Assembly: GCA_964035545.1 (NCBI GenBank)
Contig: OZ037768.1
Location: forward strand, 13,587,675 to 13,651,674
DNA from: Bugula neritina
Lineage: Eukaryota; Animalia; Bryozoa
DNA: 64,000 nucleotides
Direction of reading: 5' to 3'
Shown here piece after piece: positions 25,701 to 46,621 of the stretch (positions are counted from its first letter, which is position 1; every line of letters starts with the position of its first letter). A program made the translations under genes and the position numbers. The notes below the pieces were generated by a model. The model saw only the letters and a program-made list of their open reading frames with translations. It had not been told where the DNA came from and searched no databases.

Positions 25701-28700
25701 ATAGTTTAGTCTGTAAATAATGTTAACTGCATAAATTTCATACATTTTGACTGACTAAAACCCAAAGCCACAGAATATAAGTGAAATTACAGAAACCACT
25801 CAATACATATGGACACGACGAGAGTGTCAAGATGGCATGTTCACAATAGAATGACAATCCCAGTAGGCAGCATGAGAGCTGACTGTATGGGTGGCAGCGT
25901 AAAAGTCCTTGAAATATCTATAATACAGACAGGAAGTGTTTGTCATATAAACAGAAGTAAACAGTACATCCAGCAGCTGAAGAGTCAGGTTGAAACATGC
26001 TCCACCAACAAACAGTGTGAAGAAGTAAGATATGGGTCATTAAAACAAATAAGTGCACTGATATATATTATATAGTTGAATAAAGGAATCTCCAGTAATT
26101 TTATAAAACTGCAGTCACAACTTTGAATTTGCAGAGAAATTATAACATAAAATGTCAATACGCCAACTAGCATGGTTCACAAAGCATTGATTTTGTTATT
26201 TTTAGGTGGAATGGAAAGCTGGTGAGCTGAATACATCTGACTGCTTCCAGATAGCAAAAATACATGATTACCGATACTTCTGTCACTTCTATTTAAGACA
26301 ATATTGGAGTCAGTGTGAGGAATTCTTTCGATTAGGTACGGTGTACCGCCACATTCTAAATAATTGGTAACCATAGTTTAATAAATTAAATCACAATGAT
26401 TAATCTTTCTGAAGAAATATTATCCCTAAAATTGTTTAACCTTAGAATCAACAAGGACTGACGAAGTGAGTGCCCTCGATGTTGAAATACAATGTCAAGG
26501 AATTGGAGAAGTAGATATAAAATACAGTTTGCTAACACTATATGAGAAGCAGCCTATAAATATAGGTAGGCAAACACAAGAAGTTACTATAATCTAAGAT
26601 TAGTCCATTTGGAGCAACAATATCTAAAAAGTTACAAATTTATCCCTTAGTATGTCAACTATCTAATTGTACAGTCTTTTGTAGGTCACCTAATAACAGA
26701 ATGCCAGTCACTGCAAGTCAACAAATATCTGCATATCGTAGGATTTGTGGAGGCAGCCGAGAAATGCCCTGCAGATAAAACCTCAGACTTCTACCCCTAC
26801 ACCCACCCCTTAGTTGAGACACTACAGCAGTATGCCAACAAAGGCAGGTCTCTCGTTGAATTTGATGTCTACCAGCACAACCTTTCAGTAGGTTTACATA
26901 AATATTTTATCTGTTCAGTCTAAATCTATTTTGAAACAATCTTTTTTAAGTTATTGTATTAAAAATTATTTCATTACTAATGTTTGTTTCAAACCTATTC
27001 TATACATTTTATATAAATAGTTTTTATATATAAGAAGTTAGAAAATCAATTATTAGTTTCGTTATCTTGCTACTTTTGAAGTTGAGACTAATCTGTGGAA
27101 ACGTGATCTTCCCAGTAGTGTATGATGAGCTGTTGACCTTGTCAAGGTCACATGGCTGGATATATTATAAATGTGGAGCAGTAAAAGACAAGGTGGATTT
27201 GTGGGACTGGAGTAATTTATGGAACAGAATGAACAGGTTTGAAGCCACCCACTAAAGTTATAAAGTCAGACCGTAGTTCATAGCCTAATAGTTGAGGTGT
27301 ATGACCAATATAAGTAGAAGAGAATTTGTTTTAGTGCCACACTGGCACAGCCATTACAATATAGATTCTCCAAAACAAAGAATTTAGTTACCCGATAATA
27401 GCTTATCAACAACAATTTCCGATAACACATGAGCTCTATAATTTTATAATTTTTCATGCCGCTTATAATTTGAAAAATGAAACTATTTTAGCTTAAATTT
27501 CTCACGAGAAAACATGTTGTAAAATTATCCACTGGTAAACCTAAATAAGTTAGATCAAATGACTTAGTTCTAATAAAAATAACCAATTTGACAAAATAAT
27601 GTGCCCATAAAGTGTTAATTCAAAAGGCATATACATTATATATGCATGTGTGTATGTGTATATATACAACCATAAACTTCAGGTTCAACTTTGAAAGGAA
27701 AGAAGGTGTGACAGTAGCTTTACACAGTCACTGCAGTTGGACCCACAAGCTCGTGGTCCTAATGTTGTTACTACTTCTTATAATGGCTGTGATGATGGAG
27801 ATCTTCACTATTTATAGAAGGGATGAGATTGTCAACTTTTTCAGTATGTAAATAAACAGGTTAAAAGAAATTATGGATTTTAAATGAAAGTATTTTCCAT
27901 CTGATGTATAAAATGCCATCAAGTTACATCCAAAATTTGGATTAACATAATCCAAACTCATTTCAACATCTTCCACATTCTAGCTCAATGAAAGCTCAAA
28001 CACCCTAAGTTGAAAAATATAAACCACTGAAAGATCTACTGTCAAACTTCTTGTTTTCTAGGAGAACAGAGACGGCAGCATAATAGAAATGTGCAGGTGA
28101 GGGCAACTCCAGTAACAGTAATGACTGACGTAGAGGGTAGTGTCAGTAACAGCACACAGTGGATGGTGGAAGGGATCGGCAGTGAAGGGGCTACGGGTGA
28201 TTCCAATAGATTAAACCTTAAAGCAAAAGAGGCTGTACCAACAAATGCTTAGTGCCAAAGAACTTTAGCTACAATCACTATAAGGATACAGTGTTTCCAG
28301 ATGGCAAAATATCTGCGAGATATACTCTGCTCAGCCATCAACTGTATAGTTTCTTCTTTCAGTTGGACCTCTTGTTTTACCAACAGTCTTCTACGCCATA
28401 ACCTCAAATATCGGAGCAGCATGTTGTGATGATGAATCTTCACAGCAGTGTCTACATCATTGAAACAGAAACTCCTTATACTATAACATATACACTGAAA
28501 CAATATTATTAGATGACTAAAAATAATATTATCATAAAATCAACTAAATGAATTAAAGTTGGCTATTAAATATCTCAAGAATTCTATCATAAAATAAAGT
28601 AATTAACACAACCTACCAGACTTCAAATGGCTAAACTTTCTCAGTTCTACAAAACATGACCATGCAGCCCAAGCCTTGGCTAACAACGTGGAGTTGTGGT

Positions 28701-31700
28701 GATTAATACTACAGCGCAGTTTCTCTTCGGTGTCTTTTCTACTTGATATTCTAAGTTGCCATATGTTCCAAACCTATTAACACAACACTAAGTTTCCTAG
28801 ATACCCTGATTTTGCTTTTTTATTCAAATTCAAGTTTAAAGCAAGACTGTCTAATTAGATTTATGCAGTAAGAAAATATCTACTGCATGCAGTTTTAGGG
28901 CTGTTTGCGCATACAAGTCACTTTAATAAGTTTTGTGTAAATATTTTTTCAAATATTTAACAAGTTCAGTTTACCCGCTGCCGCTGTTGCAGTCAGGTTC
29001 AATGCCGGCAGTACTATATAATTAATGTTAACACGTGTATTAGTATCAGCATTAGATAATTAAACTGATACTAATACTAAAATTCTTAGCTACTGAAATA
29101 CACGTAATTTAAAAATTGAAACACAAGCTACCCAAGATTCAAATTACAAAATGAAAAATCAAAACAAAATAGCATAATTTCAATACTTGCATTAACTACA
29201 AGTCGAAATAACATAACTTTAATAAAAACGAAGACTAATTTCAACGAGTGTAAAATAAACTTTTTTAAACAAGATTCATAATTTATTTTTGAGATACTAC
29301 ATTACAAGCTAATCTAATCACTTTGATGATCAAATATAATCATGATGCCAAAATAGATGACTTCAATTTCAAATTATGTTCATTTCAAGTTCCAACTCCA
29401 ACTGCTCAGTATCAGTATGAATATTTACATTACTATTATAATTTTATTAGTAAGGCATATAATCAGATGATCAAGCTGATAAATCAGTTGAAGACACACT
29501 AGCATAGAATGTACTATAAAATCATTTTACTTGGTTATGTAACTCCCAAGTTGTATTGGAAATATTTCTGCAGGTTTACTACTCCATAAATACAACTAGG
29601 CTGAAAGCATCTCAAATATAATGAATATCATAGTTTAGAAAAACAACTTACATTGTTTACTTAATTTTTGTAGAGTAGAATAAGTCACTAAGTTATATCA
29701 TTATCATTAATAAACACAACATATGTTAAATAAACCCAAAACTGATGTCAATATCATAACATACTATAAAACATACACCCAGTATTGCATACCATACCTT
29801 CAAGGTGCTGTTGAGGATGTACAGCTGCCTAGCTTTACACTCCTTCAAATTTTGTTCTTTTTTGAATAACAACTTAGTTTTCCAAGAATCGAATACCAAT
29901 CTAGAAAAAAATTAGAAGAGCAGAAAGTGTACAACTAAAAGACAAGCTTCTCTAGTACTGAAGGAGATGGATCAATTAACATCTAAAAACCATGAGAGCT
30001 AAAGAAAGTTTTTTTCTTTTTAAAAACTGTACCATTGCTACAATCATGGAAAACATGTTCAATTTTATCAGACATGGCATAGTCAATAAAATAAACAGGA
30101 TTCGACATTTTAAAGGGCTTCGTGGAACTGTTAAAAAACACTACATGATCATTCTCATTGTTTGTTTGGCATAACATTATTATATAAACCCTAATTTTGA
30201 CGTAAATTCCTGTTTTTATCTAGAAGACAAAATTTTGCATAATTATTCTTTAAGAACAATACTATAAAAGTTAGCAGAAACTCCTATTAACATAAGATAT
30301 GTATAAGTTATAAGATGAGTATATCTATCTGTAAATAACAACGTGTCTACATTTAATGTCTTACCCTAGAGATAGATTAAGTGGGTGACACAGTACTAAT
30401 GCACTAGAAGTAGGTACACCTAATATCTATCTTATTACACGTATTGCACATATATACACATATACCAGTGTATTATCCAGTTGGTGTATCACCCACAACA
30501 CGCAGCTAACCTCTTCATAGTAGTCTTGTAATGCTCATCAGCTGTACTTCTTCTCAATGATTTCTCTCTCTGGTTGGCTGTATGACTCTTCCATGAGACA
30601 AAGGCTTTCTTAAGAGAAGTTTTCCTGACTGAAAAAAAGAAATCGTACTTATTTATTTATGAAAAGTAGTAGGATTCTCTAATTATATGATATGCATGAC
30701 AGATTTATGCTCACACTCCGTAATTATCCAAATATGCAACTCTAACATAATGTTGACAGTAAAATCACAAAGTTAAAAAGATGACATAAAATGAATCAAC
30801 ATGGCAAAACAACCAATAGTCAAACTTTTTATATTAAGGAAGATATTTTATTTCAACACAACAGCATCCATAGAGCTTACAAATTTGATCAGCTTGGCTT
30901 AAGACCAGATTTTTCTCCCTTTGTTTTTGAACATAAGCTTTCCATCTTTTCCAGCAGCTATTCCAGAGCCTGTATCTAAACAAATCATCTAACAGGTATC
31001 ACATCTGCTAAACTAACCCAGCATAAATTCACAGACTGTCAGCATTAATATCAGATACTCCTGGATGCTATTTTCCAACAGGAAATGTTATACAACAGCT
31101 CAAAATAAAAACTATGAATAATATGTATTTTGAAAACATACTAAATAAAAACAACTGCGGTGTTGAACACATACAATATAAAAGCTTATATAATGTAACA
31201 TTTAAACTAGTTGAAAACAAACAAAATAACAGTGTTTTTTGTTACTATTTAAATACCACAATATAATGTGTTCGACAATATAATTGAAAAATAATTTTTT
31301 TTCATGGTCATATATAGGCAAGCAAACCTGTCATGACATGCTGCACGAACATTTAGTCTCCATTCTCTCCGATTTCTCCACCATTCCTCATGCAATGCAT
31401 CAAAAACACGCCTATACACCTTTCCGTCATAATGAGCCCTGAGTAAAATTAAATTATGTTCAGGACAACCAATAACAGCATATGGATCAATTGTTTATAT
31501 AGAGGCAAGCAACCAGCTACATACAAGAGCTTAGCAACTAAAACTTAATATATTGCAAACTCAAATGAAATTGAGCAGGTATAGCATAGTCTCCAGTATG
31601 GACAAATTTTAACTACTACTAATTACTTGATTTAAACAATAATTGACTATCATACACAAAACATACTTATTTATTCAAAGTGTAAATCTTTATTTACCTT

Positions 31701-32532
31701 GCAATAGAAATTGGCACTCGTCCAAAGACTTTATTCTTCCACAAGAACAAATACTTCCTAGCCATGCATCTGTAACAACAAAAATGTGAAATTAAAAATA
31801 ATTTTAAAAATTTAATCCTGCTGAATACTTTTTAAAGATGTGCTGCAAGCAAACCTAATTTTGAGTTCTTTCAATCTGCCTCCCCGGTTCCATGTGTAAC
31901 CAGGTTTGTAACTTTTCACAATATCTCTCGCCAGCCGTCTTTTTCTGGGAGAGGTCACATGACTATCGGCAGTGGAGTGGTTGGACACTGGAATTCTAAA
32001 CATTTGATATAAAAATATAAGTAGTGAGACATGCAAGTAATAATACGATCATACAAACTGAACACAGATCCTGAAAATTTCACTAATGCTACTCCTTGAT
32101 TAGAAACTTGAAAAATGCTCAGCCAATCAAATTGCAAATAAATCCTTATAAATTTATCTATATAAAAAAGTTGCCTGCATATTAAATATAAAATAAATAT
32201 GACCTACTTTTGTCATGATACTAATTCATGATGATAATTCATATTAGTTTTACAACTTCTTCTGTGCGAAATTATGAAGGTTATATAATATACCTGCTTT
32301 TAGCTGTTGCATTGTGATTATAAGTTGATGGAACCACATTTCTAGTCAACCCCAAGCCTGTAGCTTTTCTGTGAGTTGTTTCATTGGAAGTATTATTGGA
32401 ATTATCTGCCCGACTTGAAAGCTTTATTCTCTCAGCATGAAGCTGCAATGTGTTGTTTAGTTCTTTCAATACTAGCAGTTTTCTTTCTTTGGTATTCATA
32501 TTAGCAGTTTCCATATTGCATCTTAACAACAT
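13782..32532 (-). CDS. SFI1: SFI1 centrin-binding centrosomal protein, about 25 coding exons
   Basis: Conserved [25 protein letters not shown] and EEWW..REWRLNVRAACH motifs, followed by many exons of Trp-spaced Sfi1 repeats (e.g. RYLRLWRRR, RRYFAIWKHY, SYFIQWCEF). The last exon ends RLDELCLCI* at 13782. The start is ATG 32532 or 32514. Confidence 0.9.
24872..28289 (-). other. U12-type (minor spliceosome) GT-AG intron of SFI1
   Basis: The 5' splice site is |GTATCCTTA at 28289. A branch-site-like TTCCTTACCG (24891-24882) sits just upstream of the CAG acceptor, with no long polypyrimidine tract. Splicing restores W-K-H-Y-I-V (T|AT). Confidence 0.88.
25059..28252 (+). CDS. Uncharacterised type I single-pass membrane protein (421 aa), nested antisense in an SFI1 intron; exons 25059-25132, 25793-26024, 26206-26335, 26446-26565, 26685-26887, 27082-27236, 27683-27843, 28062-28252
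   Basis: Eight segments joined by GT-AG introns of phases 2,0,1,1,0,2,1 give a 1266-nt stop-free frame. It encodes a signal peptide MTFSSVVLVLLLSSCKA, a Cys-containing ectodomain, a TM helix LVVLMLLLLLIMAVMMEIFTIY followed by RR, and a polar cytoplasmic tail ending EAVPTNA*. Confidence 0.88.
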
Positions 32533-33289
32533 ATGAGAAGTGCGGTGAGATAGTGAAAGTCTATTGAGAATGGTTTAAAATAAGAACTGCAAACCTTAGT
32601 CTTAGAGACTTTCACGAACAGTCATTTTTACATTATTTCTTAAATGGAATACTCAAGCAGAGTTCTGAGTAAATAAAAACAGATCAAAAATTGAACAACC
32701 TACATGTAAAATTGACAGTACAAGTATAACTATAGTTCAAAAATTAATATATAAATTGTAGTTACCATTGTATTAGTTTTGAGATTTTTAATATATAAAC
32801 AACATGAATTTGGAAATTACAGCTAGAAGTTTAAAACTCAAATTCAGGCTTGGTAAATGTGAAGAATTTCTGTATTAGTAATTGTATGTATGTAATTGCA
32901 ATAGAAATTATAAAAGTAGCTGCATAATATTAGGATCAGTGAATCCTGTATTAATAAGAATATAAAATCTTGTGCAAATGTCTATGTAGTAGTAAACACC
33001 TTGTCAATATAACTAAGTCCAAACTTTGGGGTACATCTATTACCATGTTCAAATTATGTGTTGAGTATTTACAGCAAGATATATATCATTTTAATTTGAA
33101 AATAGTGACATTATGATTAGTTCCATAACTTTGATTATTTATAAAAAGTTTAATTATATATATTATTTCAATTAACAACCAAGATAACAACAAGAGCAAA
33201 AACAATAAATACATTAAATAATATCACCAAAATAAAACGTGAAGTGCAAAGAGTAAAATGGATATAATAAATTAATTTATTAAATTAAT

Positions 33290-33965
33290 AAATTAATACT
33301 AGTACTTTACTAATACTAGTACTCTGTACTATTAGTATGACAGTATCACTATCAATACTATTACTATTAGACTATAACTATTACAGTATTAGTATTACAG
33401 TATGAGTATTAGTATTAGTGTTACTGTTAGTATTACTGTCACTAGGAGTAGGACATCGCTATCTCTATGATTATCAGTATGAGTATGGCTATCACTATGA
33501 CTATGAGTATTAGTAATACTAATACTATTAGTACTAGTAATACTAATAGTAATAGTAATAGTAGTACTAATAGTAATGCTGTAAGTGTAATACAAGTTAC
33601 AACTAGTACTACTACTAGTAAAGTACTAGTGTTGCTATTAGTATTACTATTAGTATTAGTATTACTATTAGTATTAGCATCAGGCTCAGCATTAGATTAG
33701 TGTTACATCTATCAAGTTTGATACTCATAGTTATACTTATAGTTATACCAAAGCTAATACTAATAGTAATACTAATAGTAATAGTATTAATAATAGTAAA
33801 TGTAATACCAATACACTCACAGACAATATTATTATTAATACTAATACTAATAGTAATACTAATACTAATACTAATACTAATAGTAATAGTAATACTAATA
33901 GTAATACTAATAGTGATGAACTTAAAATTAAAATACAAAATTAACTTCAAGTTCAAGTACAAATG
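33290..33965. repeat. Degenerate hexamer-periodic (TAGTAA/TACTAA) tract in the presumed first intron of SFI1
   Basis: Produces the ITISITIS/ILIVILIV pseudo-ORFs on both strands. Confidence 0.85.
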
Positions 33966-33989
33966 TTATTATTAACATAAACAAAAAGA

Positions 33990-34340
33990 ACATGAATATG
34001 CTTCGTTGTGATATTCCATCATTGCTTAGACAGGTAAAAAGCAGTGTGGCCTTATAATTTACGTTTAAACTGCGAGGCTGGAATTGAATAGCATCGCAAA
34101 AAAACCATCAACCACCTGTACTTGCAGCAATAAGCGTTGATCAAATCTGCCGCAGTAGCGTATTTCCTAGACCACAAAGTAATGCATTTAACATAGTCGT
34201 ATGATACAAAGTGAGAGTTTAATGGATTGTTGAAAATATTAGAACACAGGCTTTAATCAAAGCGTCGTTGACTGCTCTAGCAGTTTTTGTGGAGCGAGGT
34301 TAATGTAATGCAAAGAGACCTGTACATGTAAGTTTTGGGC
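33990..34340. promoter_or_regulatory. Putative SFI1 promoter and non-coding first exon region
   Basis: CpG-containing patch about 1.5 kb upstream of the SFI1 ATG exon, which itself starts at an acceptor near 32561. Confidence 0.45.
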
Positions 34341-35653
34341 TAACAACTCCAACTTTTACAGAAAAGCACGTCATTTTATATAGAAAATGCTGCTTAAAAT
34401 ATAGATAATATGGTTGTTATTTTACGTTTTATTGTTTCAAAACATAGTATCTATTATTAGAGTAGGATTATGTACAAACAAATGTGTCACAATTGCAACT
34501 TTTTCACAATGCTAGATAGCTGAAAGTACGTACCTAACAGTTGAAAATCATGCCATACTAAGATCCCAAACTGATAGAGAACCAAAGTAGGGTTGATCAG
34601 ATTATATGCTATACTTTTCTCGATATGTATTTTTTAAACAAATTTGACTAAATATATTGTAACTTATCATGTAAAACTCAGCAATAAACAACTTTGATGA
34701 TAAAATTAACTTGTTAAGCTAAAGAGAAAGAACTTTTTAAGCATAATTATGTAACTATGTTTAACTTCCAGTCTCCTATTTGTTTTATGGCACACATGCA
34801 GTCAACAAGTATCAGTGCATGAGCTAGTGTGCATAACCTCTTTCTTGCCAGCCTAAATAAATTTTCAGTTTTTTCTTGCATTGATATTTTGTCATTTTAG
34901 GCCATCGTTGTTTTGGTAGAAAACCTGTGACCTGTTAAAGATGGTAATTCTGCACCTTCAAACACATTCACACGAGCAAGTGGTTTTTTTCAAAATTGGT
35001 GGACTTTATCTGGTCGCGCAATTTAGAATTTATGGCTTTATACTTGCAAGTTAGTACATTTTATTAACACAAATCTCACTGTACAAGCAATTTAGCAAGT
35101 GCTACAAACATATTCTTTATTTTAAACTGTATCTGCATGTCCATTTTTGTGATCAGAAATTACCAATGTAACGTGTTTTTTCACAGAAACCCAAAATTAA
35201 AAGCTTGTGAAGATACAATTGCAATTGCATAAAATATTGTAGTGGTTGAGAGAAGTATACCCCAACTTCTCATGTATTAAATACCTGCAACAGAAGACGT
35301 GATATTATATTATATTGTAAAAGTTCCAAGAGACAGGTTATGTTATAAAGTAAAATTATAAGTAAGCTTTTAAAAAGATTCTTTTCTCTAATGATTATGC
35401 TGAACACAAATATTTATTTTGTACTTTTTGCTCACCTGCCAAAAATATTTATTTGTTTTTTTATATTTATATGTTATGTTTATGTACTTTTGAAATTTGT
35501 TATTGTTTTGTAGTCTTGACGATGTGACGGGGTGTAATTTGTGAGCCACCAGTGTAGACTCACCATTAAAAAGTGGCCTAGTTTACTGTGCTGTTTGTCG
35601 CAATGATAGATTATTCATAGCATATTAGCAAATAAAATACCATACAGTTCACA

Positions 35654-35712
35654 ACACACACACACACACACGCACACACGCACACACGCACGCCTGCACG
35701 CACGAGTGCGAG
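35654..35712. repeat. Short compound (AC)n/(GCAC)n microsatellite
   Basis: Directly visible. Confidence 0.85.
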
Positions 35713-36997
35713 CGTGAACAAACATTCAACTACATAAGAGTGTCAAATATTAGTTTTGTCGAGATTCTTACAAAACAAATTGTAAACTAGTGGAAAGATA
35801 TAAAGGTGTAGCTAAAGGAGGGTGTTTTATTGTAGTATGAAATATTGATATTTTTCTGAGCAAGTTACTATGTTGCCAAATATGCTGGTGACTAGCACAT
35901 TAAATGCTTTCCAATTTCATTTCTCATGATGATGTTGCTAAATTTTATCTTCATATCAATAAAATAAATATTTGCTTAAAATTTCCTCCCATCCAAGAAA
36001 AATGATATTTATAGCAGTGACACTCTGCAGTCTGCACGTTTCATAAAGCATGCCACAATTATATGATTTTACGAGTATAACTGAATGACCATGTAAGCAT
36101 TATACTATGTTAATTCTAAAAGAATGTTTATAATGTAAAAGAATCGTTTTTAAAATCTTGAAGATTCTAATATATTTCCAAAAAACTTTTGAATATCTAT
36201 TTGTCAATAAACTATATGAAAAATATAGATAGATTGTTTTTAATCTATTTATACAAAAGAGAAGCTAGCAGTATACGAGACTACGGCTTACTAGATAATA
36301 TTGGCTTCATAATCACTTTCTATGCAGTATCTTGTCCAGCAAAAACCTGTAATAGAGACAGGAGAAGAAAGTATAACAACAAATTATTAGGTGAATTTAT
36401 TTAATATATTCATACTTTTCTGGACTAATTTATTATAGTTTATTAATTGCTTTCATGCCTGTCTATTATTTTGGATATTGAGTGATTTAAATTTTAATGA
36501 AGTCCTTATTCTTAGATTCGAAGTTAAGTTTATAGATCCATTAGACTTAGTTTGGAAAATTTTCGTTACAGATTTTAAGAGTTACATTTATTCTGATTAA
36601 TATAACATAATTGTGAAATTTTTATCCTATGTTTAAAATGAAAAAGCAGAAAATAGTTTTTTTACTCCACACATTATTTATCAGCATAAGCGCTCAAATG
36701 AGCTCCTATAGCTATCCATTTACTTTGTATATGAAGCCCTGCATCTGATACAATCTTTTAGAAGTAGTAGCTGAGTAGCTTTATCAGCCAGCTTTTGGCA
36801 GGTTTGAGTTCTGCTTTATATTATCACCTAGCTGTAGGCTATCAACATAAATGAAATATAATGGGGAGCACTTTCCACCTCCCTGAGGTTTTATTTTAAA
36901 GCAAATCGGTTCTCCTGGTAATACACTCTATCTTATCAAAAAGGCAATAATGCTCAAATCAAGGCTTAAAAGATAGACTATCGATATGTCAACGAGA

Positions 36998-37018
36998 TTG
37001 GTTATAAAACTATAAATC
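36998..37018 (+). promoter_or_regulatory. Candidate TATA boxes (TATAAAA, TATAAAT) upstream of the GH1 gene
   Basis: ttataaaactataaat lies about 60-75 bp upstream of ATG 37076 and is preceded by ATTGG (reverse CCAAT). Confidence 0.45.
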
Positions 37019-37075
37019 TTGGCACATGGAGGGGCATTGTTCACACTTCACACGCAGCATAAACGTATTGTAAAC

Positions 37076-46340
<9,265 letters not shown>

Positions 46341-46621
46341 CTGTCCTATAATGATGATGCATGCAATTATTGGTAGATTATAATAATAATTATGTGTACA
46401 GGAAAATGTCAAGTAATACAAAAATTACTATTTTAACATTTGCTACTTTACTTTAGCTAATTTATTTAAAAAAAAGTTTTATACAGTACAAGATACAAGA
46501 CTAAATTTTGAGAACACTTTCCAAAAGTAACAATACAATAAAAAATACACAATTACAATATATGCTACATTTCTCAAAATATTATTGCACAATAATAAAA
46601 CTAAGTACATGATAAAACAAG

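Noticed and set aside
33395-33975. Hydrophobic Ile/Thr/Leu ORFs on both strands
   Set aside because: Products of the hexamer-periodic low-complexity tract; no splice or homology support.
35187-35540. Selenoprotein reading through in-frame TGA codons
   Set aside because: The joined frame also contains TAG and TAA, and I could not identify a SECIS element.
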